Shown here in pieces: positions 50,632-59,563 of a stretch of DNA of 64,000 bases. The notes below the pieces were generated by a model. The model was given only the letters and a program-made list of their open reading frames with translations, made no database searches and had not been told where the DNA came from. A program made the position numbers and the translations under genes. Positions within the stretch are counted from its first letter, which is position 1, and each line of letters begins with the position of its first letter. The DNA lies in contig CAWEEQ010000001.1 of NCBI GenBank assembly GCA_963808235.1, forward strand, positions 96,001-160,000. Reading direction: 5' to 3'. Origin of the DNA: an uncultured delta proteobacterium (GTDB lineage Bacteria; Desulfobacterota; Binatia; Binatales; Binataceae).

Positions 50632-52361
50632 CGCTCCATAACTCAGGTTCCAGGAGTACGAGTTTCATCGACGCCCTGATAACCGGAAGATGCGATTGGT
50701 CGCTCATCACGCCGTTTCCTTCTCAGCCCAGGGAAGACAAAGCGATCGGTGATCAATTTCTTCGTCGGTTTGAATCCGACTTGCGCAGCACGATCGATCC
50801 AAACGCCGGCACCGACGATGAGAAAATCGCGCTTTCGTCAATCGCGGCATTAGCCGACAAAGGCTACCTCGGATTGCGCATACCATTGGAATATGGCGGC
50901 GCTGGCCTGTCTGAGCACAACTACTTCAGGGCGCTGAGCCTCGCGGGAACCTGGTGTTTGTCGACTACCTGCACGCTGCTTGCGCATTCGAGCATCGGAC
51001 TGACCGGACCGCTACTGCTGTTTGGCAGCGAAGAGCAAAAGCGCAAGTTTCTTCCGCTACTGGCGCGCGGCGCACTGTCGGGGTTTGCCTTGACCGAGCC
51101 TGACGCCGGGAACGACTACAGCCGGACCAGGAGCGTGCTTGTGCCGGTTGATGGAGGATACCTTCTGAGCGGCGAGAAGCTCTTCATTACCAACGCACCC
51201 ATAGCCCAGTTTCTCTGCGTATTTGCCAGGTTGGGCAATGCCGTTGATCAATATGCGTTGGTGATCGTGGAGACTGATCGGCCTGGCTTTTCCGTAGTCG
51301 AGCAATGCTCCTTCCTTGGATTGCCCGGCATTCACAACGGCCTCGTCAGATTCGATAACGTGAGAATTCCTCGCGATGCCGTTATCGGCGAGCTAGGACA
51401 CGGGTTCGAGCATCTTCTCGATGCGGCGACCGGCGGCTGGATGACGCTTGCTTCGGTTTCTTCAGGAGTATCGCGCCATTGCTTACGGATATTGCGCGAT
51501 TGGGCCAATCGCCGTGTTCAGTGGGGTAGTCCAATCGGAAAGCATGAGGCGATCCAGAGGATCCTCTCCAAGGCAGCCGCTCACGTTTATGCGATCGATA
51601 ACCTCTCGAGTCTGACCGTGGCTGCCGCTGGAACTATATCTCCCGGGTTCAGAACCCTTGCCCGCATAGCCAAGTACTTCGGCCAGGAACAATGCTGGCT
51701 AATCGTCGACGATTCCTTGCAGGTCTGCGGGGCGCGTGGCTACGAGACGCTGCGCTCGGCCCGCAAGCGCGTAAATGCATGTGCGTCCGACGAGGTGCAG
51801 CATGAAGAGCTGCTGGCGCCTATCGAGAAGGTCTTCCGGGACTTCCGTCTCTTCAGACTCGCCGAGGGATCGAGCCAGACCCTCCCGCTCATGATGTCGC
51901 TCGACCTCTTGTCAGCTACCGCCGCGGAACCGTGTGGCGTTCCGTCGGTAGATCCGACGGTGATCCGCAGAAATCTGCCTCTGCTTAGTGACGAAAATCT
52001 GCGACACGCCGCCTTCGTTGGTACATCCGCCGCGCGACTCGCTCATGAAGTCCGCGCCAGTCTCAACAAATACGGTGCGGAGCTGCAGGCCGAACAGGAA
52101 GTCCTGATTGCCCAAGGCGACATTCTGACCGATCTGGTCGCGATGAGCGCGAGCCTCTCGCATGCGGGCTCCGAACATTCGGATGAACATGTGACAGAGG
52201 CAGAGCAGGAACTCACCGATCGGTTCTGTCTATACGCCGAGCATCGCATAAATCGGAACTTCGATCGAATTCGCAACCATGAGGTGGGAGCATATTCCCC
52301 CATAAGCGAACGCCTTTTGAGTGGCGGACTGGATTGGATGATGCGCGACATCGTCAGTTGA
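50628..52361 (+). CDS. Long acyl-CoA dehydrogenase with C-terminal extension (VLCAD/ACAD9-like)
   Basis: FALTEPDAGND, GEKLFITN, RVQWGSPIGKHE, GARGYE, RLAEGS; ATGA overlap with the ligase gene. Confidence 0.85.
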   Translation: MTLHNSGSRSTSFIDALITGRCDWSLITPFPSQPREDKAIGDQFLRRFESDLRSTIDPNAGTDDEKIALSSIAALADKGYLGLRIPLEYGGAGLSEHNYFRALSLAGTWCLSTTCTLLAHSSIGLTGPLLLFGSEEQKRKFLPLLARGALSGFALTEPDAGNDYSRTRSVLVPVDGGYLLSGEKLFITNAPIAQFLCVFARLGNAVDQYALVIVETDRPGFSVVEQCSFLGLPGIHNGLVRFDNVRIPRDAVIGELGHGFEHLLDAATGGWMTLASVSSGVSRHCLRILRDWANRRVQWGSPIGKHEAIQRILSKAAAHVYAIDNLSSLTVAAAGTISPGFRTLARIAKYFGQEQCWLIVDDSLQVCGARGYETLRSARKRVNACASDEVQHEELLAPIEKVFRDFRLFRLAEGSSQTLPLMMSLDLLSATAAEPCGVPSVDPTVIRRNLPLLSDENLRHAAFVGTSAARLAHEVRASLNKYGAELQAEQEVLIAQGDILTDLVAMSASLSHAGSEHSDEHVTEAEQELTDRFCLYAEHRINRNFDRIRNHEVGAYSPISERLLSGGLDWMMRDIVS

Positions 52362-52480
52362 ACGGGGAATTTCCGCATCAGGGTGCAAAAATACCTGCAA
52401 CTCCAATCGAATTTGAAATTGTGATCTAAACCCAACATCTGGCATGCAGAAATCAAAGCGACGATCCTATCAATTAAACA

Positions 52481-52523
52481 AACCGGATAGATGGTTGATA
52501 ACCATATGTCCGGTTGCTAAAAT
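52481..52523 (+). promoter_or_regulatory. sigma70 promoter TTGATA-17-TAAAAT inside a 16-bp inverted repeat operator
   Basis: AACCGGATAGATGGTT-gat-AACCATATGTCCGGTT (2 mismatches); core GGTTGATAACC. Confidence 0.7.
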
Positions 52524-52547
52524 TAGTCCTAATAGAGGAGCACTCCC

Positions 52548-53297
52548 ATGATTTCCAATGCAGTAGAATTCGAGCGAGTTTTGCGGACCTATCGGCGCGG
52601 CGAGTTTGAGGTCATAGCGATCAATGAAGTCTCGCTGGTGATTCCTCAGGGTAAATTCGTTGCGATAATGGGTCCGTCGGGCTCCGGCAAAACGTCGATT
52701 CTGAACCTCATCGCCGGAATTGATCAGCCCACTTCCGGGCGTGTCATGGTCTCTGGCAGCGACCTCGGCGCACTGAGCGAGCGTGAGCTTGCACGCTGGC
52801 GGGCGCACAACGTCGGTCTGATTTTCCAGTTCTACAATCTGATTCCGGTACTGACTGCCGGAGAAAATGTAGAGCTGCCGTTGCTTCTTACCGAACTTCC
52901 AAAGTCCGAGCGGCACTCTCACGTCGAGGCTGCGCTGAGGGTCGCGGGGCTCGCCGATCGCATCGATCACTACCCCAGCCAGCTTTCAGGCGGTCAGGAA
53001 CAACGCGTAGCGATAGCGCGCGCACTGATTACGGACGGCGCGATCATCGTCGCAGACGAGCCTACCGGAGACCTCGACGCCAACTCGGCCCACGAGATCC
53101 TCACATTGATGCGTGAGCTGAGCCGTCGTCACAACAAGACCGTAATCATGGTGACACATGACCCACGCGCAGAGCGCTACGTCGACACGGTGTTCCGGAT
53201 GGACAAAGGCGTGCTGGTCAGCATCGAAGATATGGCGCGAGGGCCGCAACCTCGCCCCGAATCGACGGTCGAACTCGCGCACGTCGGCCTTGGCTAG
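52548..53297 (+). CDS. ABC transporter ATPase, MacB/LolD type
   Basis: GPSGSGKT, LSGGQEQRV, ADEPTG, VTHD. Confidence 0.93.
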   Translation: MISNAVEFERVLRTYRRGEFEVIAINEVSLVIPQGKFVAIMGPSGSGKTSILNLIAGIDQPTSGRVMVSGSDLGALSERELARWRAHNVGLIFQFYNLIPVLTAGENVELPLLLTELPKSERHSHVEAALRVAGLADRIDHYPSQLSGGQEQRVAIARALITDGAIIVADEPTGDLDANSAHEILTLMRELSRRHNKTVIMVTHDPRAERYVDTVFRMDKGVLVSIEDMARGPQPRPESTVELAHVGLG

Positions 53298-53331
53298 GAT
53301 GCGGACGATCTGAATACCGGAGGCAATCTCT

Positions 53332-54471
53332 ATGGATACCCTGTGGTTGATTTTGAAAAACCTCAGACGAAACCGGCGCCGCACGATACTGACGTTGGTT
53401 TCAATCGCGATGTCGTTGTTCATTTTTTCCGCATTGGTGAGTCTGCCGGGAGCAGCGCGCGAGATGCTTGGCGCGACCGCATCATCGCTTCGCGTGACGA
53501 CTCACAGCAACGTCGGCCTGACATATCCGCTTCCCGAGGCGCTCGGACGCAAAATTGCGGCATTGCGACATGTGCAGGCGGTCGCTGCAGTAACCTGGTT
53601 TGGAGGAATATATGATCAGCCCTCCAACCAGTTTCCGAACTTCGCCGTGGATCACGAACAGTTCGGCAAGATTTGGCCGGACTGGGGCGCATCGCGCCAA
53701 TCGCTCTCTGAATTCCAGAAGAATCGCATCGCGTGCCTGGTGGGACCTTCCACGATGCGGCGTTTCCGCTGGCACGTCGGACAGCAAATCATCCTACGCG
53801 GCGTGTTCGTTCCGGCCACGATCACCCTTCAAATCGCGGGAGAGCTTGGTGAGAAGGCGGCTGATTTTCTGATTTTTCGTCGTGACTATCTACAAGAAGT
53901 CCTCGGCCAGCCGCTGTGGGTCAATAACTTCTGGCTCCACGTCGATCGCCCCGAGTCGATTCCGCGGGTGATTGCGGAAGTTGACGAAACGTTTCGCAAT
54001 TCCGAGAATGAAACTCGCAGCGAATCGGAGGCGAGCTTCCTGGGGGGGATCTTTGGCAGCTATCGATCGCTGTTTGCAATCGCCGAGGTTCTCGGCCTGA
54101 TCGTGATCGCTGCGATCGTCCTGGTCGCCGCCAACACCGCCGCCATGTCGATTCGGGAGCGACGGGTCGAGGTCGCAGTGTTGCGCTCTCTCGGCTTCAC
54201 CTCAGACACGGTATTTGTCCTTTTGATCGGCGAGTCGATACTGCTGGGCGCGGCAGGAGGTCTGCTCGGATGCCTTGCATGCTATGGCGTCTTCAAGCTG
54301 ATGGCGGTTGGCGCAGCGGCGCTGGGTCCTATGGCCGTGATCAAAATGCCGCCCTGGGTGCTTGGCCAAAGTCTCACAGTGGCGGTTCTGATTGGCTTGT
54401 TCAGCGCACTGGTTCCGGCCTTCAATGCGTCGCGGCGCAATATCGTAACTGCTTTGCGCGAGGTGGGGTAA
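53332..54471 (+). CDS. ABC permease, MacB/FtsX type
   Basis: KNLRRNRRRTILT, IRERRVEVAVLRSLGF. Confidence 0.9.
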   Translation: MDTLWLILKNLRRNRRRTILTLVSIAMSLFIFSALVSLPGAAREMLGATASSLRVTTHSNVGLTYPLPEALGRKIAALRHVQAVAAVTWFGGIYDQPSNQFPNFAVDHEQFGKIWPDWGASRQSLSEFQKNRIACLVGPSTMRRFRWHVGQQIILRGVFVPATITLQIAGELGEKAADFLIFRRDYLQEVLGQPLWVNNFWLHVDRPESIPRVIAEVDETFRNSENETRSESEASFLGGIFGSYRSLFAIAEVLGLIVIAAIVLVAANTAAMSIRERRVEVAVLRSLGFTSDTVFVLLIGESILLGAAGGLLGCLACYGVFKLMAVGAAALGPMAVIKMPPWVLGQSLTVAVLIGLFSALVPAFNASRRNIVTALREVG

Positions 54472-54473
54472 TC

Positions 54474-55637
54474 ATGGCAATTCCAATCCGATACAACATT
54501 CGCAATCTGATGGCGCGGCGCACGTCGACAATCATGACGCTGGGCGGAATCGGGCTGGTGGTCGGAATCTTCACGCTGATGATGGCGATGGTTTCCGGTC
54601 TGCGCAAGGCGATCGTCAGCACTGCCTCGCCTGACAACCTGGTCGTGGTCCGCAAGGGATCGACTACTGAAACGAATTCCACGATCTCGGTCGAACAATT
54701 CAACGCTATGCGTTTTCTGAGAGGGGTACGCCACAACGCTACAGGCGAGCCTCTGGCCTCACCGGAACTAACGATGCAGGTCTTCTTGCAGCGCGTCGGC
54801 GGCGGCAGCGACAACATAGTCGCGCGCGGCGTTCTGCCAATCGCGATGGAAGTTCACGAGGGGATAAAGCTGGTCGCGGGACGCATGTTTCGGCCGGGTC
54901 TCAAGGAGGTCGTCGTCGGCTCGAATCTGCCCGGTCGTTACCAGAACTGCAAATTAGGTTCGACCCTGCGCTTCGGCAGAGATCAATGGAAAGTCGTTGG
55001 CGTATTCGCGGCGCGCGGCAGCTCCTTTGAATCCGAAATATGGTCCGACCTTCATGAACTGATCGCCGACAGCCGGCGGGGCGATTACTATTCCTCGGTC
55101 CGACTGCGTGGCGCGGGCGGCCCCGAACGAGCCGAGCTGATCAGCCGCATCGAGCGCGATCCGAGGATCAGCCTCCACGCCGAAACCGAAACCGACTACT
55201 ACGCTGAGCAATCGGTCGCCGCAAATCAGCTTGCCACGATCGGTCTGATGCTGGCTTTGGTAATGGCGATCGGTGCGGTGTCTGGAGCGATGAACACGAT
55301 GTACGCCGCAGTTGCCGCGCGGGTGCCCGAGATAGGAACGTTGCGCGCGCTGGGCTTTAGCTCGGCGAGCGTGCTGTGCTCATTCCTGTTCGAGTCGATG
55401 CTCCTGGCACTGGCCGGCGGCGTAGTAGGCGTTCTGCTGGCGCTACCGATTAACGGGTTTACCTCAAACTTCACCAATTTTTTCAGTTACTCTACTCTGA
55501 GTTTCAAATTTCAGGTCACGCCGCAGATAGTGCTGGAGGCTATTTTGTTTGCCGCCGTTATGGGCACTCTCGGCGGTCTGCTACCGGCTCGCCAGGCGAT
55601 TCGCAAGCGTCTGATTGAATCGCTCAGGAGAATCTAA
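54474..55637 (+). CDS. ABC permease, MacB/FtsX type
   Basis: MAIPIRYNIRNL, EIGTLRALGF. Confidence 0.9.
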   Translation: MAIPIRYNIRNLMARRTSTIMTLGGIGLVVGIFTLMMAMVSGLRKAIVSTASPDNLVVVRKGSTTETNSTISVEQFNAMRFLRGVRHNATGEPLASPELTMQVFLQRVGGGSDNIVARGVLPIAMEVHEGIKLVAGRMFRPGLKEVVVGSNLPGRYQNCKLGSTLRFGRDQWKVVGVFAARGSSFESEIWSDLHELIADSRRGDYYSSVRLRGAGGPERAELISRIERDPRISLHAETETDYYAEQSVAANQLATIGLMLALVMAIGAVSGAMNTMYAAVAARVPEIGTLRALGFSSASVLCSFLFESMLLALAGGVVGVLLALPINGFTSNFTNFFSYSTLSFKFQVTPQIVLEAILFAAVMGTLGGLLPARQAIRKRLIESLRRI

Positions 55638-55639
55638 CC

Positions 55640-56869
55640 ATGTCCAGCACACCAGCGATTGAAGCTCGAATAGAAGACCTGAGCCATCTGAGCATCGTCC
55701 GCTCCAAGGCCAGAATTTCCGAGCCGAGGCGCTTTCCACGTAGACTCATATTGGCTGGTGCGCTAGCGGCGGGCAGCGCGGTCCTCTGGTTTGGGGCCGG
55801 TAAGGTGACCGCCGCAAGACCGGTGACCGTTCAGACTGCGCCGGCAGAAGAACTCAGGTCGGATAGTGCCAGCGCGGTGCTCAGCGGTTCGGGATACGTC
55901 GTGACGGATCACAGCTACGTCACCGTCGGAACTTTGATCAGCGGTCAAATAGTCGCAGAGCCAATCGAAGAAGGTCAGCACGTTAAAAGAGGCGACCTGA
56001 TCGCGCAAATTGGCGATTCCGATTACCGCGCCCATCTTGGCGAAGCCAATGCCGATTACGCTCGCGCAGTCGCAGAATCTGCGTTGGCTGATCAGCGCGC
56101 AGAGCGGATGAAGCAGCTCTATAGCGAGGGCGTGACGTCGCGCGATGAATACGATTCGCTAATGAGTTCTCAGCGCGTATCGCACGCGGCGCTTGCGCGA
56201 GCCAAAGCTACGGTCGCCTACGCGGCATCGCAGGTCAGGCAGTGCGCGATACGCTCGCCTCTGAACGGGGTTGTGTTGCGGAAATTCCGCGACCAGGGAA
56301 GTACAATCAACTATAGCGTCGAACTGCAGAGCGAAGGCGGATCAACCGACATCGCGATGCTGGCGGACACCGACAATTTGCGCGTAGAGCTCGACGTGAG
56401 CGAATCCGACATCTCGAAAGTGCATGTGGGTATGCCCGCCAGCATCAGCTTGGACGCTTACCCGGACCGTAGCTTCGAAGCGAAGGTTGTCAAGATCTAT
56501 CCCGAAGCAAACCGGCAGAAAGGAAGCATCAAGGTCGAAGTCCTGCTGTTGCATCCCGACCCCACACTCATCCGCCCTGAGATGAGCGCCAAGGTCAACT
56601 TTCTCGACAAACCCGCCCACACCGGCAGCGACGCGCCCATCGTCACCGTGCCGAAGGCTGCGTTGTTCAAATCTGCGGATGGGGCGCCCTTCGTATGGAT
56701 CGTGAATGATGGCCGTGCGGAAAAGACTCCCGTCGAGACAGGACGCCAGGTCGCCGACAACGTACAGATTCAACACGGGCTTAGCGGTTCAGAAACGGTT
56801 GTCGTCGAGCCAGGGGCGAAACTGGTTGATGGTCAGGCTGTCATCGAAAAAAGCGATACTGGCCAGTGA
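55640..56869 (+). CDS. Periplasmic adaptor/membrane fusion protein (MacA/HlyD type)
   Basis: SGYVV, EEGQHVKRGD, IRSPLNGVV, ELDVSESDI. Confidence 0.9.
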   Translation: MSSTPAIEARIEDLSHLSIVRSKARISEPRRFPRRLILAGALAAGSAVLWFGAGKVTAARPVTVQTAPAEELRSDSASAVLSGSGYVVTDHSYVTVGTLISGQIVAEPIEEGQHVKRGDLIAQIGDSDYRAHLGEANADYARAVAESALADQRAERMKQLYSEGVTSRDEYDSLMSSQRVSHAALARAKATVAYAASQVRQCAIRSPLNGVVLRKFRDQGSTINYSVELQSEGGSTDIAMLADTDNLRVELDVSESDISKVHVGMPASISLDAYPDRSFEAKVVKIYPEANRQKGSIKVEVLLLHPDPTLIRPEMSAKVNFLDKPAHTGSDAPIVTVPKAALFKSADGAPFVWIVNDGRAEKTPVETGRQVADNVQIQHGLSGSETVVVEPGAKLVDGQAVIEKSDTGQ

Positions 56870-56884
56870 TGCGACTGCGAGCGG

Positions 56885-57664
56885 GTGAACGGCATGGGCG
56901 GCCACTGGAAAATCAGTCCAGGAGAAGTTCATCTTTGGGTCGCGGAGACGAATGCTTTCAGCGATCCCGCGCTGCTCCACGCCTGCGCCCCGCTGCTCGA
57001 TGACGATGAACTTGAAACACTGGGCAAACTTCGTGTTCAGAGCAAGCGTAACGAATTCCTCACAGCGCATGCGCTCTTACGTACAACTCTTTCTCACTAC
57101 TCGAATGTAGATCCGCACGACTGGCGCTTTCGTCGCCGCAAATACGGTAAGCCCGAGGTCTCGGCGCCGCCCGTGACCTCGCCGCCACGCTTCAATCTGT
57201 CGCATGCTGACGGGCTGGCAGTCTGTGCAATTGCGTGTGGCCCGGTGGGTGTAGATGTCGAGCAAATTAGTTCCTCTATTCCTGCGGCGGAAATCGCGGA
57301 GCGGTTTTTCACGCCAGAAGAAGCGAAGTCACTAGTTCAACTTGCTGCAGAAGACGCGCTCCAACGATTTTTCGAACTTTGGACTCTCAAGGAAGCGTTT
57401 TCCAAAGCGCTCGGCTGCGGAATCACGATCGGGTTCGATCGATTCCGATTCATCGTTGAAGACGGATCCTACCCGAAGTTTCCTGCGATCCTTGACTGCC
57501 TCCGCCCGCAAGATCCAAGTTCCAAGTGGAATTTCGTCCTCCTGCGCCCGTTCCCATCGCACATCGTGGCACTCGCAACTCAGGGGATCAGTAAGGTGAC
57601 CGTACGTTTGGGTGGTGTGCAATCGACCCTCCGGCACGAACCTGAAGCTGGACAACACATTTGA
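56885..57664 (+). CDS. Sfp-type 4'-phosphopantetheinyl transferase
   Basis: YGKP, FNLSH, VGVDVE, LWTLKEAFSKALG. Confidence 0.92.
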   Translation: MNGMGGHWKISPGEVHLWVAETNAFSDPALLHACAPLLDDDELETLGKLRVQSKRNEFLTAHALLRTTLSHYSNVDPHDWRFRRRKYGKPEVSAPPVTSPPRFNLSHADGLAVCAIACGPVGVDVEQISSSIPAAEIAERFFTPEEAKSLVQLAAEDALQRFFELWTLKEAFSKALGCGITIGFDRFRFIVEDGSYPKFPAILDCLRPQDPSSKWNFVLLRPFPSHIVALATQGISKVTVRLGGVQSTLRHEPEAGQHI

Positions 57665-57686
57665 TACGTCGAAGAGAGATAGTTCG

Positions 57687-58637
57687 ATGAAATCCAATTC
57701 AGCGCCAGGCTTGGCAGGTCTGCTCGGCGAAACTCGTATGTTCGGCGAGGTTGCATCGTTCGCTCTCTACGGTCTCTTCCACCGGGCGCGTCCAAACGAG
57801 CGTCGTCAGGGGCGGGGAATTTTGCTGATACCCGGTTTCGGTGCTGGAGATCTAAGTCTGAGCCTGCTCGGCCATAGACTCGGCGAGCTTGACTACAGAA
57901 TTTTTTTCAGCGGCATTTGGTGCAACGCGGATTACCCGGTTCATACGCTGCCGCGATTGGAAAACGTTCTGCGCGAGGCGAATCGGAGAACCCACGGAAG
58001 GATCGTCATCGTAGGCCACAGCCTCGGTGGTATCTACGCACGTGAGCTTGCCTGTCGGTTTCCCGATCTGGTTGAGCGAGCGATACTGCTGGGTTCTCCC
58101 GTGAAAGCACCACTCGAAGGCTCGAACACATTTCTGAGACCGCTCTTTGAATGGGTGCAAAGGCGATGGGTCGCTAAGTTTGCAGCGGCGTCTGGCCCGA
58201 CGGAAGTTGAGATGAGTCCTGTACCTCCGCGCGTTCCCGAGACACTCATTTACTCGAAGACTGATGGCGTAGTTCAATGGCAGCACTGCGTCGAATCAGG
58301 GCCGCGCGTGGAGGCGGTCGAGGTACCGTCCAGCCACTGTGGGCTTCCGTTCCATCCGGAGGTTTTCGAAATAATCGTCGAGCGGCTCGCGCGACGCTCT
58401 GGGCGCGGCCGTCTTGTCGCGGCCAATTCCGAACTTCCGAAACATCGCCCGTTCCACCGAGTTCGCACCGCTTCAAGGGTGGCGGAACATACTGGCGGCG
58501 GTGAAAGCCGGTCAGAACGAATTCATGGACGTGCTCGCCAAGATGAGACTCCTCGAGGAGTTCGGCCTCTACACCAGCGCAGTCCACGCGTCCGAGGAAA
58601 TAGAGATTCACGCCTTCATCCTGGGAATAGTATCTGA
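57687..58637 (+). CDS. Alpha/beta hydrolase (lipase/PGAP1-like); 3' end uncertain
   Basis: LIPGF, VGHSLGG, LGSP, YSKTDGVV, SHCG. Confidence 0.75.
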   Translation: MKSNSAPGLAGLLGETRMFGEVASFALYGLFHRARPNERRQGRGILLIPGFGAGDLSLSLLGHRLGELDYRIFFSGIWCNADYPVHTLPRLENVLREANRRTHGRIVIVGHSLGGIYARELACRFPDLVERAILLGSPVKAPLEGSNTFLRPLFEWVQRRWVAKFAAASGPTEVEMSPVPPRVPETLIYSKTDGVVQWQHCVESGPRVEAVEVPSSHCGLPFHPEVFEIIVERLARRSGRGRLVAANSELPKHRPFHRVRTASRVAEHTGGGESRSERIHGRARQDETPRGVRPLHQRSPRVRGNRDSRLHPGNSI

Positions 58638-58720
58638 TGATAGGTGGGAAGAGATTCAGACGAAGTCGTTCCTAACCTACGCCTCACACTGGATAGACGA
58701 CTTCTTCGACAGTCCGGCGC
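58450..58720 (+). pseudogene. Fragment of a DDxxD-containing protein, cut off by the tRNA-like remnant
   Basis: ..KSFLTYASHWIDDFFDSP followed by non-coding sequence. Confidence 0.35.
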
Positions 58721-58766
58721 CGTGTTTTCGAGTTTCCCGCAGAGAACGTGAAAATCGCGGACTGCT

Positions 58767-58800
58767 TGGCGGAGAGGGGGGGATTCGAACCCCCGAGACC
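58767..58800 (-). other. 3' end of a tRNA (Ser-like T-arm, acceptor strand, CCA); possible att site
   Basis: Minus strand GGGGGTTCGAATCCCCCCCTCTCCGCCA; no recognisable 5' half. Confidence 0.7.
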
Positions 58801-59334
58801 CTTTCCCGCAGATCGGCCAAATTCATCGGCCAAAGTGGCTGGGTATTTCGCCCAGAAACCAGCAACGCTGCTGGAGAGAAGATCATCGGCGTGTCTTCGC
58901 CCTGGCTCAATATCTCCGGTGCCCAATCGGCGCGCCAGGAATCCATCTCGTGAACATTCCCTGAAGGGTCGCCCGAATTTGGGGAGTTCGAATCTGCCCC
59001 TCTCTGTGCTCAGCCAGCAATCATCAGAACTACGCCGTGACAGGCGTCCAGATCTGCTGTTGATGGCCCGACAGTAGCCCCGCGCTTCGCGCGCTGCTGG
59101 CGCGCCGAAATTCTGTCGTTGGGCTTCGTTCTGCCATTGGATGGTAAAACCTCTCTACCGAAGAAAGCTCGACGCAAGCCTTCCGGAGCGATCTGTTCGA
59201 GGCGAGATGCTAAGGTTAGAGTACGTGAGCCAGAATTCCACCGCCGACCAGACCGCGTCGAAAGCATTGGAAGCTGCGCTACCGCTCAACTCCGAGCTGT
59301 CAGATTAACTCCCGCTGAAATTCGGGGCGGATTC

Positions 59335-59362
59335 ATGTCCGCTTTCGGGCAGAAGCGGACAT
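59335..59362. repeat. REP-like palindrome
   Basis: ATGTCCGCTT-tcgggcag-AAGCGGACAT. Confidence 0.55.
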
Positions 59363-59563
59363 TGCTGACACAACCTACTGGGCGCTACTTGCAGGCGACC
59401 GCGCAAGGCTATCCTTCAGTTCTTGTTCTGCCTTACTCGCGCATCGTCGATACGATGGCGGGAATACCCACAGTAATGAGGAAGCACGATCAGCGAAATC
59501 ATCCTAGCTACGATCGGGCCCTCTCGGCGCGCGCTCGCGGGGACGACAGCGCGCGCCGGTGCG

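Noticed and set aside
58767-58860. Full tRNA gene
   Set aside because: Only the T-arm, 3' acceptor strand and CCA are recognisable; no matching 5' strand, D-arm or anticodon arm.
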